Source: the human T2T-CHM13v2.0 reference genome, Homo sapiens. Taken from it: a stretch of 64,000 nucleotides of DNA. The position numbers were made by a program, and so were the translations under genes. The stretch is from NCBI RefSeq assembly GCF_009914755.1, contig NC_060943.1. One strand, written 5' to 3'. Below the pieces are notes generated by a model that was given only the letters and a program-made list of their open reading frames with translations, was not told the DNA's origin and searched no databases. This document shows positions 22,845 through 43,407 of this stretch, piece by piece. How positions within the stretch are numbered: position 1 is the first letter of the stretch; each line of letters starts with the position of its first letter.

Positions 22845-23072
22845 TCATGGCATTTAGTTTATGGGGGATTTTTTTGTTTTAATTTATCTTTTTTCTTTTT
22901 TTCCAGCAAATGCTTAACATCCAAAGTTTATGGTTATATGTTTGAGATGGGATCTCATTCTGTCGCCCAGGCTGGGGTGCAGTGGCTCACTGCAGCCTCT
23001 ACCTCCTGGGTTCAAGCCATCCTCCCACCTCAGCCTCCCAAGTAGCTGGGACTATATAGGTATGTGCCATCA

Positions 23073-23425
<353 letters not shown>

Positions 23426-24163
23426 TCACTATATATGTTCCCCAGGATGAACTTGAAGTCCTGGGCTCAAGTGATCCTCCCATCTCAGCCTCCCAAAGTG
23501 CTGGGATTACAGGTGTGAGCCACCGCGCCCGACCCATAGATGCTTGTTAAGGGAAAATCCCAGCACTTTAGGAGGCCAAGGAGGGTGGATCACCTGAAGT
23601 CAGGAGTTCGAGACCAGCCTGGCCAATATGGTGAAACCCCATCTCTACAAAAAATACAAAAATTAGCTGGGCTTTTTGGCTGGTGCTTGCAATCCTTGAG
23701 AGGCTGAGGCAGGAGAATCACTTGCCTGTAGTCTTAGCTACTTGGGAGGCTGAGGTGGGAGGATTTGCTTGAACCCAGGAGTTCAAGGCTGCAGTCAGCT
23801 ATGATAGCGCCACTGTACTTCAACCTGGGCAACAGAGGGAGACCTGGTCCCTTAAAAAAAAAAAGACATTTCTCAAGAGGGCCTTCTACCTTCCTTCCTT
23901 CCCTTTGAAAAACCTAGGAGGGAGTTACAGATGTTATTGTTCACCAGCTGTATCCTAAGGAATTCAGGTTCGTCCTAAAGGAAAATGCCTTTTCCCCTTT
24001 CCTCACCTCGTTTTAGATACTCTCTGGAGGATTTTCCTCAGATTCTCGCTGAAACCTGACTCTCTCCTGGTAATGCAAATATTCCTGGGCTCTCTATGGG
24101 AAAGCTGCGGCCCTGTGCCTGACCCCAGGGCACTGGGAGAGAAAGTCTTTCCGGGCCGCAAGG

Positions 24164-25372
<1,209 letters not shown>

Positions 25373-26477
25373 AAGGCATTCAGAGAGAAAGTCTGTCCAT
25401 GTGAACATTGTCTCCTAAGCTTGCCGGGTGCTCCAATCACGGCCATGGGCAGGACGTGTGACAGCTGGTCTCCCCCTCCAAGACTCCCAGACTAGCAGGC
25501 AAATCTAACATTCCAGAAACCCTTAAATAGTTCATGAATGACACCTGAAATCTGCATTCTGCTGGGGGAGGCAGGGACGTGTCTTGGCCGTGGCTGGGAA
25601 GCAAGATTTTTAAAGCTCAGGCCTGAGCTGGAAGAAAAGACTGGAGGAAGAGGGGAGGGGATGGGCAGGATTCCAACTCTCCTGGGGGAGTTCCAGGCTG
25701 GGGCAACACCGGTTTTACTTTCTGAAGCGGAGGGAGGTCTCTGTCCATCTCCTGCTGACACCCACCCCACCTGGGCCTGGCTGCTACCCGAGGGTAATTA
25801 TCTGCACCCAGCCATGCACCGCACCGCCGTTCCCACTGCCCATGACTCACTCGGCCCCCCTTGCGTTCTTTGTTCTTCGCCTCCTTCCCCCACCTCCCTG
25901 CAGGCTTCACACTTTGCAGGCCTAGGTCTTAGTCATCTCTGGGAACGGCTCCAATTTTCTTACAATGATAAGTAAATGGATCATTCTTTAGCTCGGCTAG
26001 AATGTCCCCATCTTTATTCTCAGAGCAATTCCTTGCACATAGCCGCATGCCCTCATCATAGGGATTTTGCCCTGGCTGCCACCTTGCCCTCCTTCTGGTT
26101 CCCTGTTTCATTTTCGAAGGTCTTTCTTCTTTGAGACAAGGTCTCACTCTGCCCCTAGGTGAAGGGCAGTGATGCGATCATAGTTTACTGTAGCCTCCAA
26201 CTCCTGGGCCCAATCGATCCTCCAACCTTGGCCTCCTGAGTAGCTGGGACTGTAGGCACCCGGCTAATTTTTAAAAATTATTTTCAGAGACAGGGTCTTG
26301 GCCGGGTGCGGTGGCTCATGCCTGTAATCTCTGTACTTTAGGAGGCCGAGGTGGGTGGATCACCTGAGGTCCGGAGTTCCAGACCAGCCTGGCCAAAATG
26401 GTGAAACCCCGTCTATATTAAAAATACAAAAAAATTAGCCAGGCGTAGTGGTGCACGCTTGTAGTCTCAGCTACTCA

Positions 26478-26582
<105 letters not shown>

Positions 26583-26782
26583 TCAAAAACAAAACAAACA
26601 AACAAACAAAAAAACTCAAAAGAGACAGGTTCTTGCTGTGTTGCCCAGGCTGGTCTCGAACTCCTGACCTCAAGTGATCCTACTGCATTGGCCTCCCAAA
26701 ATGCTGAGATGACAGTCGTGAGCCACCACACCTGGCCTCGTTTTGAAGGTCTTGAATCAAATAATTACCTTTTCCTTGAGGT

Positions 26783-26956
26783 ATCTGGAATATATAGATA
26801 ACATAACCGGTTAGGTCAGGGGTCGATCTTTAACCAGGCCCAGGGTGCGGTGCCGGGCTGTCTGCCTATGGATTTGATTTCTGCCATTTAGTTTTTACTT
26901 CTTCTTTCTTTGGAGGCAGAAATTGGGCATAATATGAGGGGTGGTGTCCTCCCTTA
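26783..26956 (-). mobile_element. LTR2 (HERV-E) 5' fragment
   Basis: Minus strand TAAGGGAGGACACCACCCCTCATATTATGCCCAATTTCTGCCTCCAAAGAAAGAAGAAGTAAAAACTAAA matches the recalled LTR2 start. Confidence 0.7.
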
Positions 26957-27207
26957 CTATGATTGTGCCCCTGCACTCCAGCCTGGTCAACACAGCAAGA
27001 CCCTGTCTCAAAAAGAAAAGGGATCTAACATCTTTTTAAATTTACTTATTTATTCTACCTGTAGACTCTTAACACTAGAATGTCAGGGATTTTTGCATGT
27101 TGGTTCATTCACTGATCCGTTGTATTCTCAGACCTGGGGCTTGTCAAGCATGCAGGCACTGAATGAACATCTGTTAAGGAAATGCCGAGTGAGCCAAGCA
27201 TGGAATT

Positions 27208-27927
27208 TGTAAGGCTCTTGTGTCGTTTCGAACCCCGAGAGCAAGCCAACAAACAACATGAGCTGGTGTGGAGCAACACGCTGTTTTAATGTGCACCTGG
27301 GTGCAGACGGCTGAGGCCTAAAATGGCGTCAGCCCCAAGTGAGGACGGGGCAGGGGTTTTATAGTCTCCCGTAAACAGCAAGTGTCCCAGTCTGACGTAA
27401 CTGCTACATGGTACCCGGATGGCCCGTCTCTTGATCTTCAGGGGCATGTGTCTTCCGGCCAGGGTAGATGTCTTCCAGCCAGGGTACGTGTCTTCCGGCC
27501 AGGGCAGGTGTCTTCCGGCCAAGGTAGCTGTCTTCCGGCCAGGGTAGATGTCTTCCGGCCAGGGTAGATGTCTTCCGGCCAGGGTAGGTGTCTTCCGGCC
27601 AGGGTAGATGTCTTCCGGCCAGGGTAGATGTCTTCCGGCCAGGGTACGTGTCTTCCGGCCAGGGTAGATGTCTTCCTGCCAGGGTAGGTGTCTTCCGGCC
27701 AGGGTAGATGTCTTCCGGCCAGGGTAGATGTCTTCCGGCCAGGGTACGTGTCTTCTGGCCAGGGTACATGTCTTCCGGCCATCTCTCTTCCTGCTTCTGC
27801 TATCTTGCTGGCGCATGCTGCTGGGGCAAGTAGCCTTGCACCTTGGGACTGGGCCTGAGAAGGGAGGAGTTATTCATCCCCCCAAGTTTATCCTCCCAAG
27901 TTTTCAGGCCTCGGGGAGAATCTTTCA
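27208..27927 (-). mobile_element. LTR3 (HERV-K HML-6) solo LTR with an expanded internal repeat
   Basis: TG/CA termini, 5-bp TSD GAATT (27203-27207 and 27928-27932), and the motif GGATGAATAACTCCTCCCTTCTCAGGCCCAGTCCCAAGG. Confidence 0.8.
27441..27780. repeat. 20-bp minisatellite, 17 copies of AGGGTAGATGTCTTCCGGCC
   Basis: Counted directly. Variants are mostly confined to the TAGA/TACG/TAGG positions. Confidence 0.97.
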
Positions 27928-28048
27928 GAATTATTCTGTCAATATTGTTTCTTCCCCCTTACCCTGGCTCTCTTCTCCCAATCCTGCCCTGGTCCCCACT
28001 CTGCAGATGAGTAGACACTGTGTCCCACCTTGTCCTGTGGGTGCCTGA

Positions 28049-29098
<1,050 letters not shown>

Positions 29099-29145
29099 GT
29101 ATCTCTCTGTCTCTCTTTCCCTCCCTCTCTCTTTTTCTTGCATAA

Positions 29146-29634
<489 letters not shown>

Positions 29635-30122
29635 TGAACTGCCCGCCTCGGCCTCCCAAAGTGCTGGGATTACAGGTTTGAGCCACCACGCCTGGACTAA
29701 TTTTTGTATTTTTAGTAGAGACGGGGTTTCGTCATGTTGGCCAGGCTGGTCTTGAACGCCTGACTTCAGGTGATCCACCTGCCTCAGACTCCCAAAGTGC
29801 TGGGATTACAGGCGTGAACCACCAGGTCCGGTCTTCTCTCTCTCTTTTTCTTGCATAACTTCAGTATCTCTCTGTGGACAACAGAAACCAGATGGCCCCA
29901 GTCCTGGGTTAGGTGGGAAGATATTCACCGAGCCCAGGGGCTGGGGTGGGAAATTTGGAAAACGTAAGGCCACTTTCAACCCTTTCCCAGTGTGCCTTAA
30001 CTTGGGAAGCCCCTGGGCTATAGGCTTCTGGCTCCCCAGTGGCAAAAGGCACTGAGGTCAGGTGGGGAAAGGGACCAGGATTAAGCAAAATGTCTGTGCT
30101 AGGCGGGAGATGCTGTCTGTGA

Positions 30123-30454
<332 letters not shown>

Positions 30455-31246
30455 TAATCTGCCCGCCTCGGCCTCCCAAAGTGCTGGGATTACAGATGTG
30501 AGCCACCACACCCGGCCTTAAGTTTATTATTATTATTATTATTTTAGACAGCATCTTGCTCTGTCACCCAGGCTGGAGTACAGTGGTGCAATTATGGCTC
30601 ATTGTAGCCTGGACCTCCCGGCCTCTGCTGATCCTCTTTCCTCAGCCTCCCAGGTAGTTGAGACTACAGGTGTGCACCACCAGGCCTGGCTACTTTTTTT
30701 TTCTTTTTTGGTAGAGATGGGATCTCACTATGTTGCCCAGGCTGGTCTTAACCTCCTGGGCTCAAGCAATCTACCCACCTCTGCTGGGCATGGTGGCTCA
30801 TGCCTGTAGAGCCAGCACTTTAGGAAACCTTTATTTCTTAACACAGAGCAAGTTGGAGATGTTTTTGTTTGGCTGACAGAATCTTAAGAGATTTATTGGT
30901 GCCTGAGGCATTTCTCATTTCACAGGGGAGGGAGGGGTCTAAATAAATGCTTCAGCTCAAGCTGGATACAGAGGGAGGGATTTTCCCAAATTTCTAGCAG
31001 CCCCCAGGTTGTAATAACTTCCCAAGTCTCTGGCAATTCCAGCCTTCTGTCAATTAGCACTGTAATCACCTGCGTGCCTATGGCAAGAGAGTTTAGGGAA
31101 CTTGCAAGAAGAGAGAGCTGTAGTTTCGCTTTCCCATGGTTTCTGGTTACTCCAAAAAGGCCCTGACCAGAATCATGGACTCTCCATGGCAAACTCTCAT
31201 CTTATTTTATATTTATTTGTTTATTTATTTATTTTTTTATTTTTGA

Positions 31247-31405
<159 letters not shown>

Positions 31406-31467
31406 TAGTAGAGACGGGGTTTCCCCATGTTGGTCATGGCTGGTCTCGAACTCCCAACCTCAGGTGA

Positions 31468-31719
<252 letters not shown>

Positions 31720-32039
31720 TAGTAGAGACGAGGTTTCACCATCTTGGCCAGGCTGCTCTTGAACTCCTGACCTCGTGATCCAGCCGCCTCAGCCTCCCAA
31801 AGTGCTGGGATTACAGGCATGAGCCATTGCGCCCAGGCTTACTTTATTTTTTTAGTTTAATTTTTTTTTTTTGAGACAAGGGTCTTGCTATGTTGCCCAG
31901 GCTGGAGCACAGTGTTTATTCACAAGCACAATCATTGCACACTACAGCCTTGAACTTGGTCTCAAGCAATCCTCCCAACTTCCAATTATCTTAAATTCTG
32001 TTTTTGTCTTTGTTTTTGAAATGGAGTCTCTCTCTGTAG

Positions 32040-32481
<442 letters not shown>

Positions 32482-32850
32482 TAGTAGAGATGCGGTTTTA
32501 CCATGTTGGCCAGTCTGGTCTCTAACTCCCGATCTCAAATGATCCACCTGCCTTGGCCTCCCAAAGTTCTGGGATTGCAGGCATGAGCCACCATCCCCGG
32601 TCAAATTCTGTGTTTCATTCACCAGAATAGTCACCAGAAAGCAGATTTTCTTCGTCTTTCCAACCTGTGTACTTACTTATAGAAATCTACAGCAGGGCCA
32701 CATCTGGAGGTCTGTTTGTTCACCTGAGAAATTAAAATTTAATTCTCTTGGAAGAAAAGTAACACAAATAAATCAGAGGTTTGATTATTCAAAGCCATTC
32801 TGCTTAATATCATGTCAGCTTGAGGCCGGGCACTGTGGCTCATGGCTGCT

Positions 32851-33298
32851 TTTGCTTTTGCTTTGTTGGTGTGTTTTGTCCAATTCTTTGTTTGGGAATC
32901 CAAGAACCTGAACACCTTCTACCAGTAACACCATGACAGTTTACAGATGCCATGGCGACATCAGGAAGTTACCCCAGATGCTCTAAAAAGGTGAGGCATG
33001 AATAATCCTCCCCTTGTTTAGCATATCATCAAGAAATAACCATGAAAATGGGCAACCAGCAGCCCTCGGGGCTTCTCTGTCTATGGAGTAGTCATTCTTT
33101 TATTCCTTTGCTTTCCTAAAAACTTGTTTTCACTTTGTGGACTTGCCTGAGATCCAAGAGCCCTCTCTTGGGATTTGGATTGGACCCCTTTCCTGTAACA
33201 CCTTGGGGTCAGGAAAGGCTTTCTCTCCCAGTGCCTTGGGGTCAGGCACAGGGCCACAGCTTCCCCATAGAGAGCCCAGGAATGTTTGCATTATCAGG
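32851..33298 (-). repeat. Inverted local duplicate of 24066-~24515 (unique flank + MER41 end + nested LTR end)
   Basis: Colinear reverse-complement similarity, including the non-repeat flank (GGGCTCTCTATGGG...CCCTGTGCCTGACCCC) and the nested LTR/LTR junction. Confidence 0.92.
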
Positions 33299-33580
33299 GA
33301 TAAGAGATGGCCTTGCTTCCGGTTTGAAGGCTCACCAGCATCTTGGGGATGGTGTTGGTGGCCAGACAGAAATCAATCAGGGACAGGTTGGCCAGGAAGA
33401 AGTACATGGGGGTGTGGAAGTGGGAGTCTATGCTGATGGCCAGGATGATGAGCAGGTTCCCCAGGACTGTACCAGGTACATGCAGAGGAACAGAGAAAAG
33501 AGAAGTGTTTCCTGCTCCGGCTTTTCTGACAGTCCCAGGAGGATGAATTGAGATGCACTGGTTTGGTTTCCTGGTTCCAT
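33295..33580 (-). pseudogene. OR1M4P: Truncated OR1M1-derived pseudogene (first ~95 codons, 1-bp frameshift)
   Basis: Reverse complement of 43408-43694 (ATG at 33580, [36 protein letters not shown]...[14 protein letters not shown]...[17 protein letters not shown]). It is 286 vs 287 nt because of a 1-nt deletion near 33471. The symbol is from recall. Confidence 0.85.
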
Positions 33581-34119
33581 GGGTGTGATTCCTCTGGAAG
33601 TATGGAAAGGGGAGGTTATAGGAATGCCAGGGAGATGGTTTTGGAAGGTTAGATGAACTCTAACCTTTAATTTTAACCTTTAACTTTAGAGACCCTGTCT
33701 CTAAAATATAAATATTATATATGCTATAATATATATATTATTTTTCAGAGACAAGATCTTGCTCTGTCACCCAGGATGGAGTGCAGTGGTGCAATCATAG
33801 CTCATTGCAACCTTGAACTCCTGGACTCAAGCCATCCTCCTGCCACAGCCTCTCTAGTAGCAGGGTCTACAGTCACACATCACCATGCCTGGCCTATTTA
33901 TCTTCTTTTTTGGGGGGTGGAGAGAGGGTTTTGCTATCTTGTCCAGGCTGGCCTTGAACTCCTGGGCTCAAGCGATCCTCCCATCTAGGACTTCCGAAGC
34001 TCTGCGATTGCAGGTGTGAGCCACCACACTTGGCCTGACAACAGCTTATATATAGGTTGCACCTTGAACCATGGATGAAATGTTTACAGCAACTCATCTT
34101 CTTCTTTTTTTATTAATTA

Positions 34120-34410
<291 letters not shown>

Positions 34411-34748
34411 TCAAAAAAATAAAAAAGTAATATAACCATTAATATTGATGCTACTGTCAACTGTTGACTCTCCAAACAAACCCAGCAAGTGCTTGTAAGC
34501 CAAAAATAACCACCCCCATCCATCTGAAGGGACCCCTCCTCTTGGCCAAAGGCATTCTAAAGTTAACCTGAAAAACTGCTTCAGGACTGTGTGTGGTGGC
34601 TCATGCCTGTAAACCCAGCACTATGGTAGATGGGCGAATCACTAGAGGCCAGGAGTTCAAGACCAGACTCTCCAACATAGTGAAATCCTGTCTCTACTAA
34701 AAATACAAAAACATTAGCTGCGCGTGGTGGCATACACAGGTAATCCTA

Positions 34749-34877
<129 letters not shown>

Positions 34878-35728
34878 TTAAAAGAAGTAATTTATAGAGA
34901 AGAATATAATAGAGGTCAGAAACTCAGATCTACGTAAATAAAGGAAAAGCATTAAAGAAGTAATAGGTAAAAGAGAAACAAGAGCTTTTGGCTGGGTGTG
35001 GTGGCTGACACCTGTAATTCCAGCACTTCAGAATTTTTATCATGAAAGGTTTTTATTTCATGAGTGTTTATTGAGTGAGCACATTACCCCATAATCTGGG
35101 CATGGCCTCATAAAACCAAATTTCTAAAAATTTAGGAGGCTGAGGCAGAAGAATCCCTTGGGGCCAAGAGTTTGAGACCAGCCTAGGAAACATAGCAAGA
35201 CCCCATCTCTATAAAACATTAAAAATTTTTTAAAAATTAGCCAGGATTGATGGCACACACCTGTAGTCCCAGTTACTCAGGAGGCTGAAGAGGGAGGATT
35301 ACGTAAGCCCAGGAATTGGAGGCTGCAGTGGGTTATGACCAGACCACTGCACTCTACCCTGGGTGACAGAATGACACCCTGTTCAAAAATAAGAAAGGAA
35401 AACAGAAAAACCTATAGATTAAAAGGACTTAAAACAGTAATCAACCAACTGCAATCTATGGACATTATATGAATTCTGATGTAAAAAACTAAAAATATAT
35501 GAGGCAATTTGGGTAATTTGAATAATAATTGGGTATTTGAAAATGTTATATAATTATTATTAATATTTTGAATCAAAATAATTGCTAGGCGCAGTGGCTC
35601 ACATCGGTAATCCCAGCACTTTGGGAGGCTGAGGTGGGTGGATCACTTGAGGTCACGAGTCCAAGACTAGCCTGGCCAACATGGTGAAATCCTGTCTCTA
35701 CTAAAAATACAACTTGGGAGCCTCCCTA

Positions 35729-35836
<108 letters not shown>

Positions 35837-36515
35837 TCAAAATAATAATAATAATAATGGTATTGTGGTTATGCTTTCAAAAAGAGCTTTTTGTTTTTTG
35901 AAGACATACCAAAATCATTATACATATGGAATTTGCTCTGAAATTATCTCTGGGAAGAGAGAGGTCAAAGTAGGTAGGACACAGATTCAACAGAGGCTTG
36001 ACTTGGTAGGTGTGGAAGCTGAGTGATTGGGCACACAGGATTTCATTATATGAAGCTGAGGCATACCAAAAAAAAATGCCAGTTTTGTTGATCAAAAATG
36101 GTAGAATATTGACAATTGCATATGGCTCAACCTAGTATTTTGCTCTTTACATAGCTAAAGGCTTTGAAAAACTGAGCCTTCATGTATCCATCAGTTTCAT
36201 GAGTGTTTACTGAGTAGACACAACCCAATAATCTGGGCATGACCTTATAAAACCAAATTCCTGAAAATTCCCAGTAATGCCACCATGGTCCCAATACTCA
36301 GTGAGAATCTGGCTGCAGACTTAGTCAGCCAACCACTCTCTCCATGTACATCCATTAGGGTAGGCTCTAGTTTCTCCTTTTGCAGAACTGAATGAAAGCC
36401 ATGATCCCTTTATAGAGAGTTGTTCTGTTGAGGTTGAGTGATGAAAGCAGGCAGCCCTGGGTCTTGGTGACAGATCACTGGGTGGACGTGGGAAAATGTT
36501 TGGAGTGTTTCTTAG

Positions 36516-36758
<243 letters not shown>

Positions 36759-37465
36759 TGATCCACCCGCCTCAGCCTCCCAAAGTGCTGGGATTACAGG
36801 CGTGAGCCATCACACCCGGCCATTTCTTAATTCTTTAAGTGATGAGGAACATTGGCTTCCAATAAGAATGGAACCTTCTGATATAAGAAGCCCTGGGCAT
36901 TGGAAAGACTGAGTTTAGAAGACAGGGAGAGTTTGTTCCTGGAAGAGAGGGTGCAGAGAAAGTTAGGAATCATGCAACTTACCCCTAAGTTGCCTCATGA
37001 AGACATAAAATGCTTCTTACTGCCACATCCCAGCCCCCATAGGAAACAGAACTATTCAGGGACTAGAGATGAAATTGGACAATTTGTGTAACAAGGAGCT
37101 TGGGGAATTGACTTCTTATTGGCCCAGAAATTGTAAATATTCCCTCGGTTCCTACAACTTATCCCCCACCCTAGCTTTTCTTCTTTGGACCAGGAGGACA
37201 ACTTCCCAGTATTTCTATGTAGCATCTGCTGGCCCAAACATCTAACTTCATCATCTAGTACCTGCTGGGAGGACACTGAGCCAGTTTAACTCATGCCTGG
37301 GTGATGGTGTCAAGAAGAGGAAAGATAGCCCAGTGAGTGAGCTGAGAGAGAGAGAGAGAGACTGAACGAATGTTGGTAAAATTAATGAAGCCAAGCTCAA
37401 TGATCTCAGATACACTGGAAGATTCTTTTTTATTATTTATTGATTTACTGATTTATTTATTTTAG

Positions 37466-37980
<515 letters not shown>

Positions 37981-38062
37981 TAGCTCAGCCTGGTTTAGTT
38001 GTGATGCTACCAGTCCTTTACCTAAAAACCATGATTATTTGTAGCACTGTTTTTCTTCGTAA

Positions 38063-38426
<364 letters not shown>

Positions 38427-38738
38427 TAGGCAGAAGTTTGTGTTATTCCCCATGCTGGGTCTTGGAAGCCCTTGGAGATTCCCAAGTATTCCAGGCTGAG
38501 AGATCTTAGACACAGAGTGCAGAGGTCCAGATAGGATAGGACTGGTGCTTCCTTAGAGAGAGGCTCATCAAGAAGCTTAAGGGATGAATCTTCGGGTTCC
38601 TGATACTTAAATTTTTCCCAAGAGCTGTAGAAGAATGAGGAGTGACAGAGTAATTCAGTGAAAGCTTAGGTGTCAGGGCAGGAGGATGTCTGAGATCAGT
38701 TCCTTGATTCCATTAGTAATTTAATCACAGAGCATTCA

Positions 38739-39083
<345 letters not shown>

Positions 39084-39084
39084 T

Positions 39085-39989
<905 letters not shown>

Positions 39990-41112
39990 TAATCCAAGCT
40001 CCTCATAATCTGATAAATGCTGCCTGGAGTTCATCTCCCTCACTAAACTGTGAATTCATGAATCCATGCGTGCTTCATGAATTACAGAGATTAAGAGTAC
40101 ATGCTCTAGATTTAGAATGCTTGGGCTAATCCAGCCACCTGCTCTCAGTTAAACCCCATTTGATTGTATTAATCTTCTGTGCTTCCATTTCTTCCTGCAT
40201 GAAATAGCACTAACATTATTCTGTTGTCGTGAGTAGCAAATTAGCAGAGACCTTCGATCAGTGCCTGGCAATACAGGATAACCATCACTGATTCATGCGT
40301 ATATGGAACAATTATGTTTATGTCTTCTGTATCCCAGACAAGATGCTGGTCACAAAAATGAACAAAGACAAACAATTCCTGATTTCAAATGTCTTGAGGA
40401 CAGGGTCTGTGTATTTTCATATATTTGTCCCCACAACTCAGGCCAGATCCTGTCACTATATATTGCAATTACCAATAATTTTTTACAAAATGAATGAACG
40501 AATGCGTGAGTGAATAAAAGTGACATCTGCAAGGTGTTCATTAGAAATCACAAAAATAAAAAATAAAAATATAAAAGTAACATGATCAGAACTGTAATGC
40601 AGGAAGATTAATTTAGTGACTTCAGGATTGTTTCTTTTTTTTGAGATGGAGTTTCGCTCTTGCTGCCCAGGCAGGAGTGCAGTGGCGCAATCGGGGCTCA
40701 CTGCAACCTCTGCCTCAGCCTCCTGAGTAGCTGGGATTACAGGCATGCGCCACCATGCCCGGCTAATTTTGTATTTTTAGTAGAGACGGGTTTTCTCCAT
40801 GTTGGTCAGGCTAGACTTGAACTCCCGACCTCAGGTGATCCGCCTGCCTCGGCCTCCCAAAGTGCTAGGATGACAGGCATGAGCCACCGCGCCCGGCCGA
40901 CTTCAGGATTGTTTCAAAGGAAGATAATTGGATGCATGAGGCTAGCTTAAGATTAGTGAACTTGGCAACTCAGAAGTAATAAGAGCCTTTCATTTAGGGT
41001 GTCTGGAAAGAGGAGATGACTGGAAATGACTATAAAAATAAAAAGTTCAGGACGGGCGCGGTGGCTCATGCCTGTAATCCCAGCACTTTGAGAGGCCAAG
41101 GCGGGCAGATCA

Positions 41113-41441
<329 letters not shown>

Positions 41442-41488
41442 TCAGGCGTTCGAGACCAGCCTGGCCAACAAGGTTAAACCCCATTTCT

Positions 41489-41965
<477 letters not shown>

Positions 41966-42628
41966 TCATGGACATAGTGGCTCCGGGAGAAAATAGACTT
42001 TATTTTTTTATATGTTGAGTTTGCCATGTCAGGAAGAAAGAAAAGAGGGAAAGAATGCTTTGTATAACCCTATTATTATTGTTGTTGTTATTGAGATGTA
42101 GTCTTGCTCTGTCACCAGGCTGGAGTACCGTGGTGTGATCTTGGCTCACTGCAACCTCTGCTCCAAGGGTCAAGCAATCTTCCCACCTCAGCCTCCCGAG
42201 TACTTGGAACTATAGGTGTCCACCATCATGCCTGGCTTTTTTTTTTTTTTTTTTTTTTTTTTTTGGTAGAGAAGGGGTTTTGCCATGTTGCTCAGGCTGC
42301 TCTTGAACACCTGCATTCAAGCTCTCTGCCCACCTCGGCCTCCCAAAGTGCTGTGATTACAGATGGGACCCATCGTGCCTGGCCCTAACATTTTTTAATT
42401 AATCAAAAAAGAAGAAGAGTTGCTATAAATACTTCATCCATGGTTTAAAGTGCAACCTATATATAAGCTGTTGTCAGGCCAAGTGCGGTAGCTCACACCT
42501 GCAATTGTAGCACTTTGGAAGGCCTAGATGGGAGGATCACTCGAGCTCAGGAATTCAAGACCAGCCTGGACAACATAGCAAGATCCTGTCTCCACCACAC
42601 ACAAAAAAAGATAAATAAGCCAGGCTTA

Positions 42629-42766
<138 letters not shown>

Positions 42767-43184
42767 CTAAAAAATAATATCTTTAGCCTGGCGTGGTGGC
42801 TCACGCCTGTAATCCCAGCACTTTGGGAGGCCGAGGTGGGCGGATCACGAGGTCAGGAGTTCGAGACCAGCCTGGCCAATATGGTGAAACCCCATTTCTA
42901 CTAAAAGTACAAAAAATTAGCCGGACGTGGTGGTGGGCACCTGTAGTCCCAGCTACTCATGAGGCTGAGGCAGGAGAATCACTTGAACCCAGGAGGCAGA
43001 GGTTGCAGTGAGCAGAGATTGCACGACTGTACTCCAACCTGGGTGACAAAGCAAGACTCTGTCTCAAAAATATATATATATGTATATATACATAATATGT
43101 AATAATATATATAATATTTCTATTTTAGAGACAGGGTCTCTAAAGTTACAACACCGTACATGTGTGGAATATATTTACATATAT

Positions 43185-43216
<32 letters not shown>

Positions 43217-43235
43217 CACACACACATATATATTC

Positions 43236-43285
<50 letters not shown>

Positions 43286-43289
43286 CACA
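43185..43289. repeat. Compound (CT)n(AT)n(AC)n microsatellite
   Basis: Seen directly, about 110-210 bp upstream of the OR1M1 acceptor. Confidence 0.9.
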
Positions 43290-43335
43290 TCTGGTCTCAT
43301 AATTAGCCCAAATGAGAACTGGGATGTGATCGCAT

Positions 43336-43394
43336 CTAACTTTCCAAAACCATCTCCCTGTCATTCCTATAACCTCCCCTTTCCATACTTCCAG
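43336..43394 (+). promoter_or_regulatory. Splice acceptor of the OR1M1 coding exon
   Basis: CTAAC branch-like motif, pyrimidine tract, and TTCCAG|AGGAATCACACCCATG, 13 nt before the ATG. This is typical of OR genes with non-coding upstream exons. Confidence 0.7.
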
Positions 43395-43407
43395 AGGAAT
43401 CACACCC

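Noticed and set aside
27286-27816. Repetitive ORFs ([18 protein letters not shown]) and a CRISPR-like appearance
   Set aside because: A head-to-tail 20-bp minisatellite with no unique spacers, inside an LTR in a mammalian genome. The frames are open only because the unit lacks stops on that strand.
33135-33551. Plus-strand ORFs resembling ORFs antisense to OR1M1 (43437-43800)
   Set aside because: Antisense shadow frames of OR sequence. They only confirm the duplication.
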